Assembly (NCBI GenBank): GCA_963752285.1
Contig: CAVVXN010000004.1
Location: 185,704-249,703, forward strand
DNA from: an uncultured Planctomycetota bacterium
Lineage (GTDB): Bacteria > Planctomycetota > PLA2 > JAEUHO01
Length of the DNA stretch: 64,000 nt
Reading direction: 5' to 3'
Part shown: positions 27,731 through 36,236 of the stretch, piece after piece
Layout: every line of letters starts with the position of its first letter
Numbering within the stretch: position 1 is the first letter of the stretch
Notes under the pieces: model-generated
The model's input: only the letters and a program-made list of their open reading frames with translations
What the model was told of the DNA's origin: nothing
The model's database searches: none
Program-made: the position numbers and the translations under genes

Positions 27731-29004
27731 CTCCCGTCCGCGCCGAGCGCGCGGTGGACTCGGATCGTGCGTTCCTCGATCGACCGGACCCGCGCCTCGA
27801 TCCGTCGGGCGAGGTCCGGGTGTCCCTGTGCTTCGAGCGCCCGCGTCACGTCTTCCGCCTCGACGCCGAGCGATCGGAGGTCCTGCTCCAGGCTCTCGAG
27901 CGCCGCCGCGCGCGGGTCGCCCGCGGCCGACGCGGACCCCGGGGGCACGAGCTCCGGCGGCGCCGCCGGGCGCGCCGGCGCGAGGAGCGGCACCACCAGC
28001 AGCGGCAGGAGCGCGAGCCCGCGGCCGCCCGACGCCTCGCGGACGGGGCCCGCGAGGAGGGTTTGCACGCGCACGCCGAGCGACGCGCGCCGGGCGGCCA
28101 TCGCGGGCACCGTCGCGGGGACGCGCCGGTCGCCGATCCAGCCCGCGACCGTCGTGAGGCAGCGCGCGAGCGCGACGCGTCGGTGCTCCGCGCGCGCCGC
28201 CCAGGCGTCCGCGCGCCGTTCCGCGAGGTCCGCGAGGCGCCGCCTCGCGAGGTGGTTCAGCGGCTGGAAGAAGAGGAGCCCCGTGGCCGCCGCGTACGCG
28301 CGCGCCCAGAGCGGGTCGCGTCGCGCGAGGTGCGCGACCTCGTGGGCGAGCATCGCCTCCAGCGCGGCGGGATCGAGCTCCCGGAGCGCGCGCTCCGGCA
28401 GCACGATCTCCAGACGGCGCACGCCGAGGGCCACCGGGCTCGCGATCGCCGGCGAGGTGGAGACCGCGACCGGCCGGCGCAGGCCCGCCTCCCGACGAAG
28501 CGAGGCGACGAGGTCGTGGACCGCGCGCTGCACGTTCGGGACGCGCCGGGCGAAGGACCGCGCGAGACGACGTCGCACCGCGTGGTCGCGGAAGAGGAGC
28601 GCGAGGGCGCCGAGCGGCCAGAGGAGGAGCAGGAGGCTCGGATCCGGGCCCGACTCCGGGGCGGAGGGCGACGTCGCCGGCGCGGGCGCGTCCGAGACGG
28701 TCGTTACGGAGACGTCCGGGCGCACCGGCGTCTCGACGAGGGTCTCCGGTACAGGCTCGAGCGGGGCGCGCGAGGCGAGCGGCTCCGGAGGCGCCGTCGG
28801 GAAGAGCGCGATGGGCGAGCCGAAGACCATCGCGAGCGTAGCGGTGAGCGCGCCGCCGAGGAGCCCGATGCGCCACGCGCGCTCGGACGCCGCGGGGCCG
28901 AGGCGCCCCGTGCGCGTGAGGAGGAGCGTGGCGCCGAGGAGCACCGTCGAGTGGGCGCCGTACGTCGCGAGCCAGCGGAGGAGGATGGGGACGCCCGGTG
29001 TCAT
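27727..29004 (-). CDS. BlaR1/MecR1-type M56 metallopeptidase without a penicillin-binding domain
   Basis: SPVALG, LAHEVAHLARRD, ERRADAWA and TM helices. Directly downstream of a BlaI-family gene. Confidence 0.88.
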   Translation of the reverse strand: MTPGVPILLRWLATYGAHSTVLLGATLLLTRTGRLGPAASERAWRIGLLGGALTATLAMVFGSPIALFPTAPPEPLASRAPLEPVPETLVETPVRPDVSVTTVSDAPAPATSPSAPESGPDPSLLLLLWPLGALALLFRDHAVRRRLARSFARRVPNVQRAVHDLVASLRREAGLRRPVAVSTSPAIASPVALGVRRLEIVLPERALRELDPAALEAMLAHEVAHLARRDPLWARAYAAATGLLFFQPLNHLARRRLADLAERRADAWAARAEHRRVALARCLTTVAGWIGDRRVPATVPAMAARRASLGVRVQTLLAGPVREASGGRGLALLPLLVVPLLAPARPAAPPELVPPGSASAAGDPRAAALESLEQDLRSLGVEAEDVTRALEAQGHPDLARRIEARVRSIEERTIRVHRALGADGR

Positions 29005-29399
29005 CCCCGCGACTCCTCGCCCTTCTCGAGGAGACGGCGGAGGCGGCGGAGCTCTTCCTCGTCCACCTGCTGCTCGGTCAGGAGGTGGGAGAGGAGCAGC
29101 GCGGGATCGCCCTCGAAGAGCCGGCGGAGGAGCGCGCCGACCATGGAGCGGCGTACCTCCTCGCGCGGGAGCGCGGCACGGTAGAGGAACGTCCGTCCGT
29201 CCGCCTCGTGCTGGACGACGCCGCGCCGTTCGAGCCGCTGGAGCGTCGTCGCGACGGTCGTGACGGCGCGCCGCTTCGCGGCCGGGAGCGCGGCGACGAC
29301 GTCGGCGACGGAGGCGAGGCCCTGCTCCCAGAGCACGTCCATCACGGCGAGCTGGAGGTCGGAGAGCTCGACGGGGGCGCGGCGCTTCGAACGACTCAT
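29001..29399 (-). CDS. BlaI/MecI/CopY-family transcriptional repressor
   Basis: LSDLQLAVMDVLW, TTVATTLQRLERRG, GRTFLY and LFEGDP.LL.HLL. Confidence 0.92.
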   Translation of the reverse strand: MSRSKRRAPVELSDLQLAVMDVLWEQGLASVADVVAALPAAKRRAVTTVATTLQRLERRGVVQHEADGRTFLYRAALPREEVRRSMVGALLRRLFEGDPALLLSHLLTEQQVDEEELRRLRRLLEKGEESRG

Positions 29400-29418
29400 G
29401 TAGTACTACATACGTAGT
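29391..29418. promoter_or_regulatory. Two abutting BlaI-type operators (ACKAC-N4-GTAGT) overlapping the repressor start codon
   Basis: ACGACTCATGTAGT (29391-29404) and ACTACATACGTAGT (29405-29418) resemble the TACA-N2-TGTA BlaI/MecI/CopY box, in an AT-rich patch. Confidence 0.75.
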
Positions 29419-29476
29419 TTTACGCCAGCCGTCCAGAGGGCGAAAGGCCCGAAGGAGCCCCGCGGCCCCGCCGGCG

Positions 29477-30859
29477 TCAGCGGGACCCGGTGCGCGCCGC
29501 GTCGAGCGCGGCGCGGAGCTCGCGCTCCGTCTGCTCGCCCATCAGGCGCCGGCGCCCGATGTCGAGCGTCGGGAGGCCGCGCAGCTTCGCCGAACGGGCG
29601 AGGTCGCGGTCGCGCACGAGCCACGCGGGCGGGTTCGGGTCCGCGAGAGCCGCCTTCAGCCCGCTCGGGTCGAGGCCGGCGCGCCCCGCGGCGGCGTACA
29701 CCTCGGCCGGCGTCTCCCGGGTCGCGCGCATGAGCTCGCGGAAGAGGACCTCCTCCTTCCCCACGCTTCGCGCGTACGCGAGGACCCGCGTCCAGAGGGG
29801 GAAGTCGGCAGTCGCCCACGTGTAGATGCGACGGCGGCGTACCGGGTATCCGACACGCGGCGCGACCTTCTCCAACCGCTGGTACGTGGCGCGACAGTGG
29901 GGGCAGAAGGCGTTCAGGTACTCGACGATCCAGACGGGCTTCTCGGTCGGCGGGGGGGCGGGCGCGCGCGACGGCGCGGGCGACTCCGCCGCGACCACCG
30001 GAGGCGCCGGCGACGGAGCGGCCGGCGCGGGGGACGGATCCTGCGACCCGACCTCGCCGACCGTCTCCCCGGACCCCGTCGATCGGTCGAGGGGCCGCGA
30101 CCAGGCCCGGACCGCGCCGTCCGGGTCCCAGGCCTCCGCGGTGCCGATCCCCGGCCACGCCGCGAGCACGGGCGGCTCCGCGTCCCTTGCGTCGTCGCGC
30201 GCGTCCGTCGTTCGGGTCGGACGCCGCGCGGTGGACTCGGGCCGAGCGGTCGGCGTCGCCGTCGCGGCCGGCGTGCCGTCCCCGATCACCTCGCCGGCTC
30301 CGAGGTCCGCGGCCGAGAGCGGCGTGATCTCGACCCACCCCCGGTCGCTCGGACGCGGCCAGAGGAAGGGCGCGGCGGCGACCACGCCGACCGCGGCGCT
30401 CCACGCGATCCGCGAGCGCCGGCCCTCGCCGGGGAGGCGGAGTCCGGAGAGGCGCACGGGGGGCTCGGGCCAGGTCAGGGTGATCGCGCCGGCCACGAAG
30501 CCCATCGAGTCGGCCACGAGGCAGAACGGGCAGAACGTGTGGAGCACGAGCGCCTGGTACGCGACGAATCCCGCGCCGGCGGTCGCCGCGACCGCGCCCG
30601 CCGGGCGCAGCACGGGACGCGCCCACTCGACGGGCAGGAGGCTCACCGTGAACAGGCCGCCGAACGCGACCATCCCCACGACGGAGGTCGGGACGCCCGC
30701 GAGCGTGCCAAGCGGGCTCTCCCGGGCGGCGGCGCACGCCTCGGCGAGCGGGCAGAACTCCCGGTCGGGGTGCAGGTGATCGGAGGTCAGCACGGCGCTC
30801 GCGAGGAGCGCCGCGAGCGCTGCGAGGCGCAACGCCGCCGTGCGTCGAACGTAGGCCAT
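29477..30859 (-). CDS. VKOR-family disulfide-formation protein fused to a C-terminal thioredoxin/DsbA-like domain
   Basis: FCPLAEAC loop cysteines, membrane FCPFC, a Pro/Ala linker, then IVEYLNAFCPHC and GLPTL. ATG at 30859. Confidence 0.85.
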   Translation of the reverse strand: MAYVRRTAALRLAALAALLASAVLTSDHLHPDREFCPLAEACAAARESPLGTLAGVPTSVVGMVAFGGLFTVSLLPVEWARPVLRPAGAVAATAGAGFVAYQALVLHTFCPFCLVADSMGFVAGAITLTWPEPPVRLSGLRLPGEGRRSRIAWSAAVGVVAAAPFLWPRPSDRGWVEITPLSAADLGAGEVIGDGTPAATATPTARPESTARRPTRTTDARDDARDAEPPVLAAWPGIGTAEAWDPDGAVRAWSRPLDRSTGSGETVGEVGSQDPSPAPAAPSPAPPVVAAESPAPSRAPAPPPTEKPVWIVEYLNAFCPHCRATYQRLEKVAPRVGYPVRRRRIYTWATADFPLWTRVLAYARSVGKEEVLFRELMRATRETPAEVYAAAGRAGLDPSGLKAALADPNPPAWLVRDRDLARSAKLRGLPTLDIGRRRLMGEQTERELRAALDAARTGSR

Positions 30860-31049
30860 GGATCCTCCCGACCGCGCGAGAGCGGGGCGACGCCCGTGCC
30901 GGGCGCCCCGACCCTCCCCACCCGGAGCCGCCCTCTCATCGGCCACCGCGGCCCGGGCACCGAAGTCGCGTTCGTTCGTTCGACGTGCGGCGTGAAGGAC
31001 CGTTGAAGGGCCCGCACGAAATGGCCGTTCGGCGGGGTGGCCCCGGCCC

Positions 31050-31976
31050 TCAGCGCGCGAGCGGCAGGTCGTCGCGCGAGGTCGGGATGGTGCGCAGCGA
31101 AGGCGGCGGCTCGCCGGACGGCGCGAGACGGTCGAACGCACAGAGCAGGCGCCCCGCCTTCCGCTCGAGCCCCAAGCGGGTCCGAAGGCTCGGGGCGAGG
31201 CGGGCCGTCTCGGTCAGGGCGTTGAACGCGTCGTAGAGCGTGTCGCCTTCGTGCCGGCAGAACCGCACGCGGACGTGCGCCGCCGCGGTGTCGTCGAGGT
31301 CGGCCCCGTGCTCCAGGAGCGCGAGCACGGGATCGACGACCCGGATGGACCGCGCGCGGCCGAGCGGGGCGACCGCGCGCTTCAGCAGATCGCTCGAGAA
31401 GGCCTGGCGCACGGCGTGCTCGAGGTGGCCGCGCACCGCGCCCGTGGCGTCGCGGTCGTAGAGCGGCGCGTCCTCGAGGGTCCGCGCGGGCACGACCGCG
31501 CCGTTCGCGCCGACGAGGCGCAGTACGCGCTCGCGGAGCGTGACCGCCCCGCCCCGCACGTCGGCCTCGACCAGCACGCCCGCCGCGAACTCGTCGCCGG
31601 GCGAGAGCTCGGCGCGCCACGCGGTCGTGAACACGCCGAGGAGGAGGTACCCGTCGGGCGCGACCTGGCAGAGGTCGAGGTGCCAGCGGTGACCGAGGCC
31701 CTCCAACGCGTCGGCCAGGAGCTCGAGGTCGCCCGCCACAGAGGCGCCGGTGTCGCCCCAGCCCCGCGCGAAGTCCGCGACCTCCGGCGCGTGCATCCGG
31801 ACCTCGGCGAAGGCCTGCACCAGGTCCTGCACGGCCTCGCTCGCGAGGCGCCCGGCCTCGGCGCTCTCGGGATCTCCGACGAGTCGCTCCTGGATCAGCT
31901 CCGCCAGGTGGTCGCGCCACGGTTCCGCGGGCACGCGCCCGCGGAAGCGGCACACCTGACCGAACGTGGCGTCCAT
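31050..31976 (-). CDS. DUF932/DUF945-like protein
   Basis: GDEFAAGVLV...RVLRLVGANGAV and TLYDAFNALT resemble DUF932 motifs. GAGGGG precedes ATG 31976. Confidence 0.6.
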   Translation of the reverse strand: MDATFGQVCRFRGRVPAEPWRDHLAELIQERLVGDPESAEAGRLASEAVQDLVQAFAEVRMHAPEVADFARGWGDTGASVAGDLELLADALEGLGHRWHLDLCQVAPDGYLLLGVFTTAWRAELSPGDEFAAGVLVEADVRGGAVTLRERVLRLVGANGAVVPARTLEDAPLYDRDATGAVRGHLEHAVRQAFSSDLLKRAVAPLGRARSIRVVDPVLALLEHGADLDDTAAAHVRVRFCRHEGDTLYDAFNALTETARLAPSLRTRLGLERKAGRLLCAFDRLAPSGEPPPSLRTIPTSRDDLPLAR

Positions 31977-32138
31977 CGGCAAAGTCCCCTCACGCGCCCC
32001 TCATGTCTACCCGAAATCGTGGTTCTTCGAAAGCCCCGGGCTTCGGTCCCCACGCGCGCGGGCCCCGGGCCGAGCCACGTCCGCCGGGCGCCGTCGCGAA
32101 GCGCGTGGCTCCCCGACGCGCGCCGTGCGCGCCGTGCG

Positions 32139-32852
32139 CTACGCGGGGCCGCGGCGCACGTGGACCGCGCGCGCCTGGTCGCTCCCGATCGCGGCGAGGT
32201 GGCGGCGGAGCGCACGACTCGTCGCGCGCGGCTCGATCGGCACCTTCGAGGCGACGAGCACGCGATTCTCGTACTCGTCGAGGTGCACGACCACGCTCGC
32301 GGCCCACGGCGCGGCAAGGCGCCGGAGGAGGTCGTCCCACGTCACGCCGGGAACGGGCAGCACGTTCGTCACGGCGACTCCGCGCGGCGCGACGTGGCGC
32401 CGCATCTCCCGCGGGAGGGCCTCGAGGCTCACGCCGGGCTTCGTCACGCCGAGGGGCGTGGGCACCGAGAGATCCTCCAGGATCAGGTCGAACGGCCTGG
32501 TGCGCGCGTGGAGCCACGCGCGCGCCTCCGCGCAACGGACCTCCACGCGTCCCGCCCAGGGTCCCGCGTGGCGACGGAACACGCGCTCGCCCTCGAGCGA
32601 CAGGTCCACCGCCTCGAGGGGATGGGCGAACCCCATGGCGCGGAGCGGGGCGACGAGCCCGCCGCCCGCGAACCCGAGGATCGCGACGCGCGAGCCGGGC
32701 GTCAGCGCCGCGATGGCCGCGGCGAGGACGTCGAAGAGGGAGTTCGTCGGTCCCGGGCGGTCCACGATCTCCGACAGCACGAGCCCGTCCTGGAGGAGGC
32801 GGGCGCCACGTCGCGTCTTGCGGACCTGGAACCCGGGGCCGGTCGCCGTCAC
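32139..32852 (-). CDS. Spermidine-synthase-like SAM-dependent transferase
   Basis: VAILGFAGGG, AVDLS, CAEARAWL, FDLILEDL and GVAVTN. The GTG at 32852 overlaps the upstream stop. Confidence 0.7.
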   Translation of the reverse strand: MTATGPGFQVRKTRRGARLLQDGLVLSEIVDRPGPTNSLFDVLAAAIAALTPGSRVAILGFAGGGLVAPLRAMGFAHPLEAVDLSLEGERVFRRHAGPWAGRVEVRCAEARAWLHARTRPFDLILEDLSVPTPLGVTKPGVSLEALPREMRRHVAPRGVAVTNVLPVPGVTWDDLLRRLAAPWAASVVVHLDEYENRVLVASKVPIEPRATSRALRRHLAAIGSDQARAVHVRRGPA

Positions 32853-34144
32853 GCGTCGCCGTTTCGGACCGCTTCGGCGATCCGACGCGTCCCGTGGTGC
32901 GGGAGACGCCGGTAGCCGTTCCACGCCGCGCGCGCGAGCGAGCCGTCCACGAGTCGCGGGCTCAGCCACGCCCGCACGCGTTCCGGCGGGCCCTGGCGGA
33001 TCCCGGCCTCGGCGTCGAGGGCGAACGTGGGGTTCTGTCGCTCGTGACCCCCGACGTGCGGCGCGAGGACCAGCGGCAGGCCGAGCCCCGCGTAGAACAC
33101 CATCTCGCTCGGCTTCGTCCACAGCACGTCCGCGCCCGCGAGGGCCTCGTTCATGGCCCGCCAGTACGCGGGGAAGTCGGGCTCGTGGAGGACGTCCACG
33201 CCGTCGTGCCCGTCGAGGTGCGCCGAGCGCACGCTCCCACGAAGGGCGTCGGCGACCTCGCGCCGCACGCCCGCGACCAGCGTCAGGCGGAGCGATCCCT
33301 CGCGCACGAGCTCGCCCAGCGCACGCACCATGCGTCCCACGAGCTCGGTCTGCGCGCCCGCGCCGCCGACGGCCAGGAGGAGGCGCGGCGGCGTCCCCTC
33401 GGCCGACCCGGGCAGGTCCACGCCGCCCGCGGCGGACACCTCCGCGCGCAGGGCGCCGTCGGCGCGGAGGCGCACGAGCCGCGGGCCGAGGTTCGCGCGG
33501 AGCCGGTCCGCGGTCTCGTCGCCGACGAGGGCCGACGGGAGCGGAAAGCCCGTGTACCGGATCCGCGCGGCCGGGACGCCGTACGAGCGCAGGCGGTCCC
33601 GCGCGCGTTCGCTCGGCGCCAGATAGTGGAGGTTCGTGCGGGGCGGGTCGAGCGGCGCCCACACGCGGTGCACGTCGGAGTCGGTCACGACGACGTACGT
33701 GTGGTCGAGACCGGCGTAGTCGGCCGCGAGCCCCGGCGTGTAGAAGGTCGTCACCATGCGGACGCCGTCGGCGCGCATGCGCCTGACGATCCCGTCGCCC
33801 ATGCCCTTCCGGATCATCTTCGCCTGGAACCGCACGGCGCGCGTGGCCGCGGGGTTGGTCGGTCCCGGGTCCACCGGACGGATCGACGTCATCGCGTCGA
33901 GGAACCGACGGGGCGCGAACCCCAGGAGGGGGTGGCGGTAGAGCCGCGAGCACATCTCGTACGTCCAGCGCACGCGGTCCCAGGTCCGGACCTCGTCCGC
34001 CGTCGCGAGGGGCGGCGCGTCGATGCGCTCGACGGGGACGTCGAAGGCCTCGGCGAGCGCGTGGGCCGCGCGCAGGTGCCCGTACCCCATGTCGATCGAG
34101 AGGAGGAGCGGGTCGGATCGAGGACGACTCCGCTCGGGCGACAT
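32849..34144 (-). CDS. GT-B glycosyltransferase (MGDG synthase/UgtP-like)
   Basis: DMGYGHLRAAHAL, VVVTDSD, YTGFP, VGGAG, WTKPSE and GGHE..N. GGGAGG precedes ATG 34144. Confidence 0.75.
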   Translation of the reverse strand: MSPERSRPRSDPLLLSIDMGYGHLRAAHALAEAFDVPVERIDAPPLATADEVRTWDRVRWTYEMCSRLYRHPLLGFAPRRFLDAMTSIRPVDPGPTNPAATRAVRFQAKMIRKGMGDGIVRRMRADGVRMVTTFYTPGLAADYAGLDHTYVVVTDSDVHRVWAPLDPPRTNLHYLAPSERARDRLRSYGVPAARIRYTGFPLPSALVGDETADRLRANLGPRLVRLRADGALRAEVSAAGGVDLPGSAEGTPPRLLLAVGGAGAQTELVGRMVRALGELVREGSLRLTLVAGVRREVADALRGSVRSAHLDGHDGVDVLHEPDFPAYWRAMNEALAGADVLWTKPSEMVFYAGLGLPLVLAPHVGGHERQNPTFALDAEAGIRQGPPERVRAWLSPRLVDGSLARAAWNGYRRLPHHGTRRIAEAVRNGDA

Positions 34145-34209
34145 CGGGCCGGACCTCCCATGGGGGCGGCCAAGGTATCCGCTCCGGAGGCCGAACGCGA
34201 TCGCTGCCG

Positions 34210-35319
34210 CTACCGGGGTCGCGCGCCGGCGCGCGACCGGAGACGGTCCCGCACCGGTCGCCACCGCGCCTCGGCGGAGGCGAGCGCGCGCTCGAAGGCG
34301 AAGGGGTCGGGGACGTCCGCGCGGACCACCGGATCCCACGCGTCGAGCCACGCGGCGAGCGCCTCGCGGTCGGACGCGTCCGGGAGGGGCGCGTGGCTTC
34401 GCAGGTCCGCGAGGCGCCGGGCGAGGTCCAGGCGCTCGGCCGGTCGCGCCAGGTCGGGGCGATCGTAGAGCTGGCGGGCCCGCCGTTCGGTGGCCTCGAG
34501 GTCGTCGAGGAACGAGGCGATCTCCTGGCGCTCGACGGCGGTGGGGAGGGTCGCGAGCGGCATGGCCACGGCGCCGCCCGCGAGCAGGAGGAGGATCGTC
34601 GCGGCGATCGTCGTCGCGAGCGGAGGGCGCCCGAGGGAGCGCCGCGGGCCCAGGAGGAACGTGCCTGCGGCGCCCGCGACGAACCCCGCGGCGAGCGGGA
34701 TCCAGACGGAGCCGGGCAGGAACGCGAAGGCCACCGAGACCAACAGGAAGAAGACGAGCGAGCGCCGTGCGCGCCGCGACGCCTCGCCGGGCGTCCCGAG
34801 CGCGATCACGCCGAGCGCGGCGACCCACCCGAAGACGCCGGCGGCGGCGCCGATCGCGCCGAGCGGGCTCGTGCCCGCGCCGGGAGCCGCTCCGAGCGCG
34901 TTCGCGACCCCGCCCGCCAGGGCCGAGCCCACGAAGAGGATCCAGGTCCGCGCGGTCCCGACCGCCCGTTCCAGGCCGAGGCCGGCGCCGAGGCCGATCC
35001 ACACGTCGAAGAGGAGGCCCAGGAGCATGACGTGGAGGAACGCGTCGGAGAAGAGTCGTTGTACGTGGCCGCTCTCGACGAGGCTCGGCCTCGCCGCGCC
35101 GAGGTCCACGAGCGCCTGGGGGTCGGGGCTGCCGAAGGCCCACCACGGCGCGCCGGGCGCCGAGAGCGAGCCGGAACGCACGAGCGCGAAGGCGTGGAGC
35201 GCCACCCACGCGAGCACGATCAGCGGCACCGCGATCGCGTGCCGCGCGCGCGGGGGCGGCACGCCGAGGACCGGCGAGGGGGCCTCGGCGTCCCCGGGCC
35301 ACGCCACCGTGTCGTTCAC
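34210..35319 (-). CDS. Rhomboid-family membrane protein, probably catalytically inactive
   Basis: LGA...G..QRLFSDAFLH and GLERAVG. The GxSG position reads GAAAG and the TM6 His position reads IPLAAG. Confidence 0.7.
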   Translation of the reverse strand: MNDTVAWPGDAEAPSPVLGVPPPRARHAIAVPLIVLAWVALHAFALVRSGSLSAPGAPWWAFGSPDPQALVDLGAARPSLVESGHVQRLFSDAFLHVMLLGLLFDVWIGLGAGLGLERAVGTARTWILFVGSALAGGVANALGAAPGAGTSPLGAIGAAAGVFGWVAALGVIALGTPGEASRRARRSLVFFLLVSVAFAFLPGSVWIPLAAGFVAGAAGTFLLGPRRSLGRPPLATTIAATILLLLAGGAVAMPLATLPTAVERQEIASFLDDLEATERRARQLYDRPDLARPAERLDLARRLADLRSHAPLPDASDREALAAWLDAWDPVVRADVPDPFAFERALASAEARWRPVRDRLRSRAGARPR

Positions 35320-36236
35320 CGCGCGGCCTCCTCGGACCAGGCGCGCGGATGCGCGCGCTGGTACGCCTCGACGAGGCGATCGAGCGTCAGGTGCGTGTAG
35401 ATCTGCGTCGTCGCGACGCTCTGGTGGCCGAGCATCTCCTGGACCTCGCGCAGGTTCGCGCCGCGCTCGAGGAGGTGCGTCGCGAACGAGTGACGGAGCG
35501 TGTGCGGGTGTACGTCCGCCGAGAGCCCGGCGTGCGCGAGGGCGCGGTCCAGCACGCGCGCGACGCCGCGCGTCGAGAGGCGCTCGCCCCAGCGGTTGAG
35601 GAAGAGGGCCTCTCCGTCCTTCCGGCGTCGCTCGGCGGCGGTCTGGTCGAGGTACGCGCGGATCGCGGCGACGCACGGCCCGCCGAGGGCGCCGATTCGC
35701 TCGCGCCGTCCCTTCCCGAAGAGCCGCGCGATGCCGCCCGCGAGGTCCACGTCGGGGAGGTCGAGGCCGACGGCCTCGGCCACGCGCGCCCCCGTCGAGT
35801 ACAGCGTCTCGAGGAGGGCCGAGTCGCGCCGCTCGCCCCACGTCGTGCCCGCCGGCGCCGAGAGGAGCCGATCGACCTCGTCCGTCGTGAGCACGCGGGG
35901 CAGACGACGGGCCCGGCGCGGCGTCCTCAGGCCGCGCGCGGGGTCGGACGCGATCCGCCGCTCCCGCGCGAGCCACGAGAAGAACGAGCGGATCGCGCTG
36001 ATCCGCCGCGCCACCGTCGTCGAGGCGAGCGACCGCGCGCGGAGCGAGGCGAGGTAGCGACGGAGCTGCAGGAGGTCCACGTCCGCCGCGCGCCGCGCGC
36101 CGCCCGCCTCGAGGCCGTCGAGGACCTGCCGCAGGTCGGCGTCGTACGCACGGACCGTGTGCGGCGAACGGTCCTCCACGACCTCCAAGTGGTGGAGGAA
36201 GGCCTCGAGGTCCGTCGCGAGGGTGGCGTTCCTCAC
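35316..36236 (-). CDS. xerC: Tyrosine recombinase XerC/XerD
   Basis: SPHTVRAY, LYSTGARVAE, GKGRRER, HPHTLRHSFATHLL and LGHQSVATTQIYTH. XerC versus XerD is not resolved. Confidence 0.85.
   Translation of the reverse strand: MRNATLATDLEAFLHHLEVVEDRSPHTVRAYDADLRQVLDGLEAGGARRAADVDLLQLRRYLASLRARSLASTTVARRISAIRSFFSWLARERRIASDPARGLRTPRRARRLPRVLTTDEVDRLLSAPAGTTWGERRDSALLETLYSTGARVAEAVGLDLPDVDLAGGIARLFGKGRRERIGALGGPCVAAIRAYLDQTAAERRRKDGEALFLNRWGERLSTRGVARVLDRALAHAGLSADVHPHTLRHSFATHLLERGANLREVQEMLGHQSVATTQIYTHLTLDRLVEAYQRAHPRAWSEEAAR

Noticed and set aside
35316..36236. Tyrosine recombinase as a prophage or island integrase
   Set aside because: Size and motifs fit housekeeping XerC/D. It is coupled to pabB, with no att sites, tRNA or phage genes nearby.
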